From Candidatus Levybacteria bacterium RIFCSPHIGHO2_01_FULL_37_33 (GTDB lineage: Bacteria > Patescibacteriota > Microgenomatia > Levybacterales > UBA12049), in the NCBI GenBank assembly GCA_001782085.1, contig MFNM01000014.1, positions 1 through 53,883 of the forward strand: a DNA stretch of 53,883 nucleotides. Direction: 5' to 3'. A model generated the notes under the pieces. The model ran no database searches, was not told where the DNA came from, and saw nothing but the letters and a program-made list of their open reading frames with translations. Made by a program: the position numbers and the translations under genes. Of this stretch, positions 22,927 through 30,872 are shown in pieces; within the stretch, counting starts at the first letter, position 1, and the number at the start of each line of letters is the position of its first letter.

Positions 22927-25900
22927 TTAAAAACTCTTAAAGAACATTAGAGAATCCCTTGTAGCTTCCTCCCATTTGGGATTTAAATTATGCCCGGCAT
23001 TATCATAAAGATTAAACTTTGTATTTTTCGAAAGACTTTTAAGATCGTTAAATAGCTCAATAGACCATTGGTAAGGTACGGTTTTATCATTTGTACCATG
23101 AACTATCTGTACGGGGGTTTTTATATCCAAAAGATATGATAGAGGTGAGATGCTTTCCCAAAGCTTAGGGTTGTCTTCTGGTTTTCCCAGAATCTGAAAA
23201 GTTTTTGAGTACGGAAAAGGAGTGACTACTCTCTCCTCAAGTCTTGGAAGGTTTTGTCTTGAAAACCATTTTAGAGGATCTGTTACCGGCGCCCACAAAA
23301 CAGCAGCTTTAACACTTTTTGAAAGCTCTTCGTTTTTTCCTATTATCTCTAGAACTTTCAAAGTTACTTCTGCCCCCATTGAATGTCCCCATAAGTAGAC
23401 CGAACTGCTATCTGCCTCTTTGATACTAGAAATTGATGAGATTAAATTCATTACATCAATAGGATACGCAAAGCGCATCAAGGCCTTGTTGTCGATTTCG
23501 GACTTGCCATTGCCTCGGTAATCGGGTTTTAATACTAAATATCCATTTTGAGAAAAATAATCGGTAATGCTTTTATAGGAAGATACAGTATCATAGCCTT
23601 GAGGATTTATATATCCGTGGTTTACGATAATAACAGGAAAACCATTCGCAGGTTTAGGTGTGTTTGGAATATTTAAGAGCGTATAGACCTTAAGTCCGTC
23701 TGAGGAATAAGAAGCAGTGTAGGTTGTAAATGATTTATTAGTTTCTACTTTCTTTTCTATTCTGATTTCTCCTTTTTCATAGTCTCTGTGAGCAAGCGAT
23801 GGAATAGATAAGGGAAACAACTTAACTTGCTTTATTTTTTTCTCGTTTTCTTCAAGGTATAAATTTCTCTTTTCAAAAACTACAAAGTCGCCCTGTTTAA
23901 AAACCTGAATATAATTCTTATCTTTTTTCATTTTACTTACTGTTTCGATTTGCGCTTTTAAAGAAGGCTGCGCAAAAGAATCATTTAGAAGAAAAACAAT
24001 TATATCTGCTTTATTTATTCCAACCGGAATAGTGTATATTTTTTGACGGTGGGACAAATGGGAACCAAGATTGTTTGTTGAGGCTATACTAAACTGAGGC
24101 GGTATACGTTCAAGAAATTCATTAATAATTTTTCTTTCCGGGAGCTGGCGGGTGAACACACTAATGCTTGGATTTTTAGAGCCGGGCAATGGCCCAATAT
24201 AATAAGCGCCTAGGACAGCAGTTGTGAGTATATACCAAGTAAAGAGTTTAAGTGGTATTTTTGGAAACCATTTCTTTACGATTACAACTGCGTAAATTGC
24301 GGAAATAAAAATAAATGACGTAATAGTTGCCGTATATTGATAGTATATTTCTCTAAGCTGAACATTATTACTTAATAAATTTATAAAAAAATCCGGAATG
24401 GCAAAAACAAGAATCAAAGGGTAAAAGAGTGATAAAAATCCTAAAGGAGAAAAAATTCGTATTAAATAAATAAGCTGCTCTTTATGAAGTAATGTTCCGA
24501 TTACCTTACCAGGTGATAGAAATATATTTTTAATAATAACAAGAGGACTTTCTCCGAAGTCAGAATAATAAGAGAGAGCAAAATGCTGGGCTCCTGCAGC
24601 TTGCGGTATTGCTTTGGTAATTAAATAATAGAAGACACTCAGTGAAAAAACTGTTAATAAAATTCCTAGAAATCTTTTTTTATTGACAAAAAATAAATAG
24701 ATTCCAAACAAAGATGCGATGACCCAAACCTGCTCTTTAGTCAAAGCCGCTAACATTAGAAAAACCGAAAGCCAAAGATACCTTTTCTTAATAAGAAAAT
24801 AAAATGCGCCTAGCAGAAAAGTTGTTGCAAGCGTCACCGGATGAAAGTCATACAAGTTACTAAATTGAAGAGAGGGATTTAAGAGATAGGAAAATGAAAA
24901 AGCAAGAGAGATATTTTTATTTTTCAACACGTTCTTGGAAATCAAGTATACGAATAGCGCGCCAAATCCCAAAACTACCGATTGAAGAAGAAGCAGCATC
25001 TTAGGATGTGACCAGATTAAATAAAGAGGAGAAATCAGTATAAGGAGAAAATCCGCATGGAAGGAAAGACGCGAGATTATGTCGGTTCCGTTTGGGTCTG
25101 TTATTTTAAAAATCCGTCCGTGTATTGTATTCCATACCGCCTGATCCATATTTCCTAAATCAAATCTCCCTGTAAAAAAATTATCGTACCTTAAAAAACT
25201 GACTGTTAGGAAATACATTATGTAAACAGTAATCATCAAAAGCAATATAATTTCGTGTAAATGATTTCTAATATAATTTTCTATCTTCAGGAATTTATTG
25301 TCTTTTATATTTTTCCAAAAAGTTGCAAGCAAAATAAAAATCATTTCCGATAGAATAAGAACAATTCTTGCAAAGATAGCGGCAAATCCGGCAAGCTGAA
25401 GACCAAGTGTGCTTAAAAGACCTATCGATATTATCCCCTCCCTTACGCCAAGTCCCATAGGAGTGATAAAAGATAGATAGCCCAAGAGAAGAGAAAGCAC
25501 GAAAAAACCTATTAGAGGCAGAAAAAGATTTACAGGCAGGTATACGACTGATGCAATTGTTAAGAATGTTCCAAGACCAAAAAAGAATAAGGAAAAAACT
25601 GAGATTGACAATAAAACAAAATTGGTGTAAGGACTAAAGCCTGGGAGAAAATTTTTAAAAAACTTAAGCTTTGAGCTCTCAATATATTTTCTATTAAATA
25701 AGAATAGCAGGCTTATTAAAATAACAGAAAAAGTTATAAGGGGAACAACAAAAATTGAATAGGTATGTATGGAAAAAATATATGGCAGTATAAACTGAAT
25801 CGAAAAAAGAGAGAGTAGTAAGCTCGCCATAATAAATAATCCAATTTCTGCAAAAATTAAGGAAATTATTGTTTTGCTGTCAACGCCCTTTTTAGAAAAG

Positions 25901-26241
25901 GAAAATGTTCTGCCCAAAAAAGACCAGATATTTCCGGGAGCAAATCTTTTAAGCTCGGATAACCCCCATAAATAAGAAACTTCTTTAAATTCAATGTTGT
26001 GTCCTCTTTCCTCCAGAAGTTTTTTCCAGACAAATGCTCTTCCGAAATAAAATAAAATAAAACAGATTAGCCCTGCAAAAAAAGGAATTAGTTCGGGTGT
26101 TTTTATATAAGACTTAACAAGATCAAACTTTAAAAATGTAATTCTAAAAATAAAAAAAATTGCAATTGCGGAGATCGGCCAGCCTATCAAAAATTTTATA
26201 AAAGAAAATAGTTGCTCTTTTCTCTTCTGGTTTTTATTCAT
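22927..26241 (-). CDS. 1104-aa polytopic fusion: LPG-synthase-TM-like module, DUF2079-like module, C-terminal S9/alpha-beta hydrolase
   Basis: RFAPGNIWSFLGRTFSFSKKGV; FFTGRFDLGNMDQAVWNTIHGR (DUF2079-like). Candidate hydrolase triad: GHSMG, HGTNDKTVP, AGHNL. Overlaps the permease gene by 8 nt. Confidence 0.65.
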   Translation of the reverse strand: MNKNQKRKEQLFSFIKFLIGWPISAIAIFFIFRITFLKFDLVKSYIKTPELIPFFAGLICFILFYFGRAFVWKKLLEERGHNIEFKEVSYLWGLSELKRFAPGNIWSFLGRTFSFSKKGVDSKTIISLIFAEIGLFIMASLLLSLFSIQFILPYIFSIHTYSIFVVPLITFSVILISLLFLFNRKYIESSKLKFFKNFLPGFSPYTNFVLLSISVFSLFFFGLGTFLTIASVVYLPVNLFLPLIGFFVLSLLLGYLSFITPMGLGVREGIISIGLLSTLGLQLAGFAAIFARIVLILSEMIFILLATFWKNIKDNKFLKIENYIRNHLHEIILLLMITVYIMYFLTVSFLRYDNFFTGRFDLGNMDQAVWNTIHGRIFKITDPNGTDIISRLSFHADFLLILISPLYLIWSHPKMLLLLQSVVLGFGALFVYLISKNVLKNKNISLAFSFSYLLNPSLQFSNLYDFHPVTLATTFLLGAFYFLIKKRYLWLSVFLMLAALTKEQVWVIASLFGIYLFFVNKKRFLGILLTVFSLSVFYYLITKAIPQAAGAQHFALSYYSDFGESPLVIIKNIFLSPGKVIGTLLHKEQLIYLIRIFSPLGFLSLFYPLILVFAIPDFFINLLSNNVQLREIYYQYTATITSFIFISAIYAVVIVKKWFPKIPLKLFTWYILTTAVLGAYYIGPLPGSKNPSISVFTRQLPERKIINEFLERIPPQFSIASTNNLGSHLSHRQKIYTIPVGINKADIIVFLLNDSFAQPSLKAQIETVSKMKKDKNYIQVFKQGDFVVFEKRNLYLEENEKKIKQVKLFPLSIPSLAHRDYEKGEIRIEKKVETNKSFTTYTASYSSDGLKVYTLLNIPNTPKPANGFPVIIVNHGYINPQGYDTVSSYKSITDYFSQNGYLVLKPDYRGNGKSEIDNKALMRFAYPIDVMNLISSISSIKEADSSSVYLWGHSMGAEVTLKVLEIIGKNEELSKSVKAAVLWAPVTDPLKWFSRQNLPRLEERVVTPFPYSKTFQILGKPEDNPKLWESISPLSYLLDIKTPVQIVHGTNDKTVPYQWSIELFNDLKSLSKNTKFNLYDNAGHNLNPKWEEATRDSLMFFKSF

Positions 26242-27427
26242 ATCTTAAGGCTTCTATGGGAGAAAGTTTTGAAGCCCTTATCGCTGGAGCCATTCCAAAA
26301 ACAATTCCTACTACAACAGAAAAACCAAATGCTATAAAGACAGACCATAAAGTTACCTGAGAAACAAGAAATCGTGCAAGTACTATTGATCCGAAAAGTC
26401 CTAGGATAATTCCTATTATTCCTCCGGTTAAGGAAAGCATTATCGCCTCAAGCAAAAACTGTTTTAATATGTCCGATCGTTTTGCCCCCAACGCTTTTCT
26501 AAGCCCTATTTCCCTGGTTCGCTCTGTTACAGATACGAGCATTATGTTTGCAACTCCGATTCCCCCAACTAATAATGATATCGCAGCAATGCCTCCAAGA
26601 GCAATAGATAGAATGTTTGTAATGTTTGAAACAATAGAAAGCGTTGATTCTGCGGTTTGAATAGTAAAGTCATCTTCTGTTAAGTGCCCGAGTAAAATTT
26701 TTTTGGTTTGCTCTTTTACTCTTGAAACAGAAGAAGAAGAATTTACCGAGATAAATATAGTATTAACATGAGTTAACCCAAACTGTCTTTGAGCCGCAGA
26801 AAGCGGAATAATTACAACATTGTCCTGGTCTATTCCAAAGACGGCTCCCCTTTTATTAATCACACCTAGGACTGTATATATATTGTTGCCAATAAAAAAT
26901 CTTTTTCCGATAGGGTTTTGCGAGTAAAATAAATTATTCAGAACAGTTTGACCTATAACTGCGCTTCTTGCTCCGGACTGTTCCTGGCTTTTGGAAAAAA
27001 AGCTTCCCCGTTCTATTGTTGCATTCTGAACAATCTTTGGATAGTTTGAAGTTGTCCCAAAAATGGTAGTTCCCTTATTTTCCCTATTTTTATATTTAAC
27101 TGTTGTAATTTGCGAAACAACAGGTGCGACATTTGCCAGACTCTTAAGTTTTAGCTGTAAAGTTTTAGCATCGGCAACAACGAGCTTGTTAGATACAACT
27201 CCGCCCGGAGTCCTTGCTCCCCCTATTCTTCCCGGAATAACGAAAATAAGGTTTGAACCAAGCCCTGCTATCTGGTTTGTAATAAATGTCTGAAGTCCGG
27301 TTCCTATTGAGACTAATAAAATAATCGCAAAAACTCCAATAACAATACCAAGCATTGTTAAAAAACTTCTTAATCTGTTTGCATTTATTGCCCTGTACGA
27401 AAGTTTAAAAAGTTCGTTAAAGTCCAT
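26234..27427 (-). CDS. MacB/FtsX-family ABC transporter permease
   Basis: N-terminal TM segment, large extracytoplasmic domain, and a C-terminal FtsX module with REIGLRKALGA. Confidence 0.85.
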   Translation of the reverse strand: MDFNELFKLSYRAINANRLRSFLTMLGIVIGVFAIILLVSIGTGLQTFITNQIAGLGSNLIFVIPGRIGGARTPGGVVSNKLVVADAKTLQLKLKSLANVAPVVSQITTVKYKNRENKGTTIFGTTSNYPKIVQNATIERGSFFSKSQEQSGARSAVIGQTVLNNLFYSQNPIGKRFFIGNNIYTVLGVINKRGAVFGIDQDNVVIIPLSAAQRQFGLTHVNTIFISVNSSSSVSRVKEQTKKILLGHLTEDDFTIQTAESTLSIVSNITNILSIALGGIAAISLLVGGIGVANIMLVSVTERTREIGLRKALGAKRSDILKQFLLEAIMLSLTGGIIGIILGLFGSIVLARFLVSQVTLWSVFIAFGFSVVVGIVFGMAPAIRASKLSPIEALRYE

Positions 27428-27428
27428 A

Positions 27429-28103
27429 TCAATTTATTCTTCCGTCAGTAAGTTTTATAATTCTATCCGCCTGCTTAGCAATATCTTTCTCATGCGTTAT
27501 AAGAACAATGGTTTTCCCCTGTTTATGTAAGGTTTTTAATAAATTTATAACTTCTTGCCCCGATTTTGTATCCAAATTTCCGGTTGGTTCATCTGCTAAG
27601 ATAATATCTGGATTATTCATTAAAGCTCTGGCAATTGCTACTCTTTGCTGTTCCCCTCCTGAAAGCTGATTGGGTCTTTTGCTGATATGCTTCAAAAGCC
27701 CGATTTTTTCTAAAATGTTTCCTGCCTTTTCATCCCTTTCTTTCGGGTTTTCCCCCGCGTAAATTCCCGGAAGGACAACATTTTCAAGAATTGTTGCTCT
27801 TGGGAGAAGGTTAAATGACTGAAAAACGAATCCGATTTTTTTATTTCTAAGATATGACAATTCATCTTCTTTTAGACTTGATACATCAGTTTCTTCTAGG
27901 TAATAAGATCCAGCTGTCGGCGTGTCTAAAAGCCCTATGATATTCATCAGAGTTGATTTTCCAGAGCCGGATCTTCCTTGTATTGCAACAAATTCGCCAT
28001 TTTTTATTTTAAGAGTTATCCCCTTTAAAACTCTTACTGTTAGATCACCAAGGTTATAATCTTTCGTTACATTTGCAAGGCTTATGAGGTTTGTTTTTTT
28101 CAT
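27429..28103 (-). CDS. ABC transporter ATP-binding protein (MacB/LolD-like)
   Basis: Walker A GRSGSGKST, signature LSGGEQQRVAIARAL, Walker B ILADEPTGNLD. Confidence 0.9.
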   Translation of the reverse strand: MKKTNLISLANVTKDYNLGDLTVRVLKGITLKIKNGEFVAIQGRSGSGKSTLMNIIGLLDTPTAGSYYLEETDVSSLKEDELSYLRNKKIGFVFQSFNLLPRATILENVVLPGIYAGENPKERDEKAGNILEKIGLLKHISKRPNQLSGGEQQRVAIARALMNNPDIILADEPTGNLDTKSGQEVINLLKTLHKQGKTIVLITHEKDIAKQADRIIKLTDGRIN

Positions 28104-28119
28104 GAATCATTTATCCCTT

Positions 28120-28160
28120 CAAGGATACTCCTTGCATAAAGCTGACAAGGAGTATCCTTG
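28120..28160. repeat. REP doublet hairpin (REPIN-like), perfect 15-bp stem
   Basis: CAAGGATACTCCTTG - CATAAAGCTGA - CAAGGAGTATCCTTG. Sits in the gap between the adaptor and ATPase genes and abuts the adaptor stop codon. Confidence 0.9.
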
Positions 28161-29228
28161 TTAAAAACCTTGTGTTTTTTTGGGAACAAGAGTTGGTTCA
28201 ACAACTACATCATCATTTTGAAAAAGTCCGCTTATAACTTCTGTCCTCGTATCACTTCCAAGACCTGTTTTTATTTTCTTTTCTGTATATCCTCTCTTTG
28301 TTTTTACAAACACCTTGCTATCCTCTGTAATACTTGATACTGGAATCGTAAGAACATTTTTTTTCTCCGAAGTTATAATTTGGGCATTCCCATTTATGCC
28401 CACCCTGTATTTATTATCCGGATTACCCGCAAGATTTGCATATACTGTAAAAGCGGTTCCTCCTGTTGAAGTTGTATGGGAAACAAAGTCTATTTTATTT
28501 ATTGTTAAATTTGATGTTTCATCCGGATAGGGATCAAGCACAGCTTTTACTTTTTGTCCCTGCCTAACCTTTCCAATATCTGCCTGGTCAACGTCCATTT
28601 TAAAAGTAAGCGAACTTAAGTCTGTAACTGTAAAAATGGTGGCCGAATACACGTTTACCCCTGTGGTTTCTACGTCTTCTCTTGTGACAATTCCTGAGAT
28701 CGGAGTTGTTAAAACAGAGTCTTGTTTTGCTAAATCTGCAAGCTCTACGGATTTTATCGCCCTATCAAGATCAAACTGATTATCTTCAAGGACCCGTTTT
28801 ATATCAATGCTCAGAGACTCTGCGGCTGTTCTGTTTTGATTTTTTTCAAGAGTCTGGTCGAATGTCAATCTTTGTTTTGAATAATCTATTAGGGCAATTT
28901 CTAAATTTTTCTGGACTGTTCGCTCATCTAATATTCCAATTGTCTGATTGGCATAAACGTAGTCTCCTTTTTTTACTCCCAAATAAACCAACTTTCCCGA
29001 AACCCTAAAACTTAAATTTGCAGTGCTGTTGGAGTCAATACTGCCTGTTATAGAAATTGTTTGAGAAATATTTTCTTTTCTTACTTTTTCTGTGGCAATC
29101 GGAGCCTGTTTTCCGGGTTTTAAGATAAATAGGATTACTATAAGTGTTAGTAAAATAACAAAAGAAATAATCTTGTGGTTTTTTGCAAATTGGATTGCAA
29201 AATTAAACCAATCTCTGAATCTTTTCAT
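28161..29228 (-). CDS. HlyD/MacA-type periplasmic adaptor (membrane fusion) protein
   Basis: N-terminal anchor, lipoyl-like and coiled-coil hairpin regions, beta-barrel C-terminus. Operon context with MacB-like genes. Confidence 0.8.
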   Translation of the reverse strand: MKRFRDWFNFAIQFAKNHKIISFVILLTLIVILFILKPGKQAPIATEKVRKENISQTISITGSIDSNSTANLSFRVSGKLVYLGVKKGDYVYANQTIGILDERTVQKNLEIALIDYSKQRLTFDQTLEKNQNRTAAESLSIDIKRVLEDNQFDLDRAIKSVELADLAKQDSVLTTPISGIVTREDVETTGVNVYSATIFTVTDLSSLTFKMDVDQADIGKVRQGQKVKAVLDPYPDETSNLTINKIDFVSHTTSTGGTAFTVYANLAGNPDNKYRVGINGNAQIITSEKKNVLTIPVSSITEDSKVFVKTKRGYTEKKIKTGLGSDTRTEVISGLFQNDDVVVEPTLVPKKTQGF

Positions 29229-29241
29229 AATTTAAACAAGA

Positions 29242-29250
29242 ATTATACCA
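29242..29250 (-). promoter_or_regulatory. extended -10 (TGGTATAAT) upstream of the adaptor gene
   Basis: Minus strand reads TGGTATAAT, then 13 nt, then ATG (29228). The 27-bp repeat lies just upstream. Confidence 0.4.
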
Positions 29251-29258
29251 CAAGATTA

Positions 29259-29285
29259 AAAATAAAGCTATAGGATAGAAGAAGA
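29259..29285. repeat. 27-bp perfect direct repeat, copy 1
   Basis: AAAATAAAGCTATAGGATAGAAGAAGA, identical to 29897-29923. Similarity extends about 7 nt further (AAGAT..). Confidence 0.95.
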
Positions 29286-29464
29286 AGTTTAAAAAATACG
29301 CCTGTCTGTTTCATCGGTATGTGGTCTTAATAATGTAGCGCTTCCAGTATCGCTAACTCCCCCCGTACTTCTCACGCTTCCCGACGCTAACTCACCGGTT
29401 TTTCTACTTCTCTTCAGATGTTTTTTTGTATCTCCATAATTTTGAAAACCTGATTCCAGAGTAG

Positions 29465-29872
29465 TCATGGAGCGTTCAAATACGCTCCGATTGGAGTAAA
29501 TAAATCAGGCAGATAAATTCTGAATTCTTCACTAATCCCTTCAGCGAGCTGTCTTAAGAGAATAGCTTCTTCTGTTTCTTCCACTCCTTCTTCTTCATCG
29601 TATTTAGCATTGCCTCTAAAAGTAGCCAATGTGTTAAATTTCCACGTTCCAATTTCGATTCTGTTAGCGTACCACCGTCCTCTGTTTCTTTTTTCTACTA
29701 CACAAAGGATAGAGGTCATACCAGTAATTATTTTTTCTTGTACGGGTTGGGCTAGATCTAGGAAAATTTTTGTGGCTTGTGCCAAGCTTTCCACAGCATC
29801 ATGAACATATTGTGAGTTGTCAACGGGATGTCTCGGTTCATCTCCATTTGATATTCTTGATTTTTCTACCAT
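29465..29872 (-). CDS. hypothetical protein (135 aa), acidic C-terminal half
   Basis: Open frame with its own extended -10. No family recognised by eye. Confidence 0.5.
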   Translation of the reverse strand: MVEKSRISNGDEPRHPVDNSQYVHDAVESLAQATKIFLDLAQPVQEKIITGMTSILCVVEKRNRGRWYANRIEIGTWKFNTLATFRGNAKYDEEEGVEETEEAILLRQLAEGISEEFRIYLPDLFTPIGAYLNAP

Positions 29873-29879
29873 GTTGGAG

Positions 29880-29888
29880 ATTATATCA
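29880..29888 (-). promoter_or_regulatory. extended -10 (TGATATAAT) 7 nt before the ATG of the 135-aa ORF (leaderless-looking)
   Basis: Minus strand reads TGATATAAT-CTCCAAC-ATG. The 27-bp repeat copy 2 lies just upstream. Confidence 0.4.
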
Positions 29889-29896
29889 AAAGATCC

Positions 29897-29923
29897 AAAA
29901 TAAAGCTATAGGATAGAAGAAGA
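29897..29923. repeat. 27-bp perfect direct repeat, copy 2
   Basis: Identical to 29259-29285. Confidence 0.95.
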
Positions 29924-29966
29924 TCTTATAATTTTTTAAAGTGCGAGTAGTAGTTAAAACGTTAAC

Positions 29967-30218
29967 TTAAATGAGCGATCTTTTAAGAAGTGTTTTTATG
30001 CTTTTGAATCCCCAGCCACTCTTTAGATAAACTTCACGATGTTTTGCATCGATTCTATTTAAGAAAGCCTCATAGAAAATTAATTTGTATGGTCTTTTGA
30101 GTTTGGTTGATTTGGATAAACCATTGTTATGTTCAAGGATTCTTTTCTTTAAGTCTGTTGTGTAGCCTATGTATAAACTATTGTCTTTGAGGCTCTTTAA
30201 GATATAAACGTAGTACAT
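29967..30218 (-). CDS. stand-alone GIY-YIG nuclease-domain protein (UPF0213/YhbQ-like, 83 aa)
   Basis: YYVYILKS...LYIGYTTDLKKRILEHN...REVYLK (GIY...YIG...R...E pattern). Confidence 0.8.
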   Translation of the reverse strand: MYYVYILKSLKDNSLYIGYTTDLKKRILEHNNGLSKSTKLKRPYKLIFYEAFLNRIDAKHREVYLKSGWGFKSIKTLLKRSLI

Positions 30219-30238
30219 GAAAGGAAATTGTACATTGC

Positions 30239-30307
30239 GAGACGTACAAAATTAAGAATTTTTACGTCTCTGCAGCGTTTAAATTACGAAGTAATTTATT
30301 ACGCTGC
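30239..30307 (-). other. double-hairpin 3' trailer after tRNA-Arg(TCG)
   Basis: On the minus strand: GCAGCGT..AAATTAC-TTC-GTAATTT..ACGCTGC (30307-30272), then GAGACGTA..AAAATT-CTT-AATTTT..TACGTCTC (30270-30239). Same architecture as 2987-3052. Confidence 0.55.
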
Positions 30308-30378
30308 GCCTCTGAGAGGAATCGAACCCCCATCAACGGTTCCGAAGACCGTTGCTCTATCCGTTGAGCTACAGAGGC
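30307..30378 (-). tRNA. tRNA-Arg (anticodon TCG)
   Basis: Reverse complement folds as GCCTCTG-TA-GCTC-AACGGATA-GAGC-A-ACGGT-CTTCGGA-ACCGT-TGAT-GGGGG-TTCGATT-CCTCT-CAGAGGC-G. No CCA encoded. Confidence 0.85.
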
Positions 30379-30439
30379 AATCTTGTTATGACAAACCTCT
30401 TATAGTATACTAAATCAGCGCTTTTTTATAAAGCGGACG

Positions 30440-30498
30440 GGGCCGCTAGCTCAACTGGCAGAGCATCCCGACTCGTCGGGACGGTTCGGGTTTCAAAC
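30440..30498 (+). pseudogene. truncated tRNA-like element (acceptor 5' strand, D arm, anticodon arm, T stem 5' strand and T loop only)
   Basis: GGGCCGC-TA-GCTC-AACTGGCA-GAGC-A-TCCCG-ACTCGT-CGGGA-CGGTT-CGGGT-TTCAAAC. Non-canonical 6-nt anticodon loop. No complementary T-stem or acceptor 3' strand follows; the sequence runs straight into the ATG at 30501. Confidence 0.55.
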
Positions 30499-30500
30499 TC

Positions 30501-30752
30501 ATGTTTTATGCCTACATTTTACAGAGTCAAGCGAATGGAGTATATTACATAGGGCAAACACGTACTCTGGATGCTAGAATACATAAGCATAATTTTGGTC
30601 AAACTAAATCATATACACAGCTGGGACGGCCTTGGATTTTAGTTCATTCCGAAGAATATCAAACAAGAGCAGAAGCTTTAAAAAGAGAAAATTATCTTAA
30701 GCGCGTAAAGAATAAAAGATTTTTAGAAAAGATAATCAAACAGGGCCCGTAG
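30501..30752 (+). CDS. stand-alone GIY-YIG nuclease-domain protein (UPF0213/YhbQ-like, 83 aa)
   Basis: FYAYILQS...YYIGQTRTLDARIHKHN...RENYLK. The last 10 nt, including the TAG stop, overlap the acceptor stem of tRNA-Lys. Confidence 0.8.
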   Translation: MFYAYILQSQANGVYYIGQTRTLDARIHKHNFGQTKSYTQLGRPWILVHSEEYQTRAEALKRENYLKRVKNKRFLEKIIKQGP

Positions 30753-30815
30753 CTCAATTGGCAGAGCAATTCCCTCTTAAGGAATCGGTTGAGCGTTCGA
30801 CTCGCTCCGGGCTCA
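30743..30815 (+). tRNA. tRNA-Lys (anticodon CTT)
   Basis: GGGCCCG-TA-GCTC-AATTGGCA-GAGC-A-ATTCC-CTCTTAA-GGAAT-CGGTT-GAGCG-TTCGACT-CGCTC-CGGGCTC-A. Confidence 0.9.
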
Positions 30816-30872
30816 CTCGAAGCTAAAAGATTTTTGTTTGAAAATTAAATAGCAAAGAGACTTCTTAAACTT

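Noticed and set aside
29336-29410. Possible CRISPR array; the REP doublets were also considered
   Set aside because: There are only two degenerate units with no unique spacers between regular repeats. The REP pairs are inverted hairpins, not arrays. No cas genes are in the window.
30228-30413. 61-aa plus-strand ORF
   Set aside because: It runs antisense through tRNA-Arg(TCG) and its hairpin trailer. It is explained entirely by the tRNA gene.
30440-30815. Group I intron carrying a GIY-YIG homing endonuclease inside a tRNA
   Set aside because: The tRNA-like 5' part already contains both strands of its anticodon stem. No matching T-stem or acceptor 3' half follows the ORF; what follows is a complete, different tRNA-Lys. 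The 83-aa protein has only the catalytic module with no DNA-binding domain. I could not identify intron helices by eye. The flanking 6-nt TCAAAC repeat (30493 and 30736) is too short to be meaningful.
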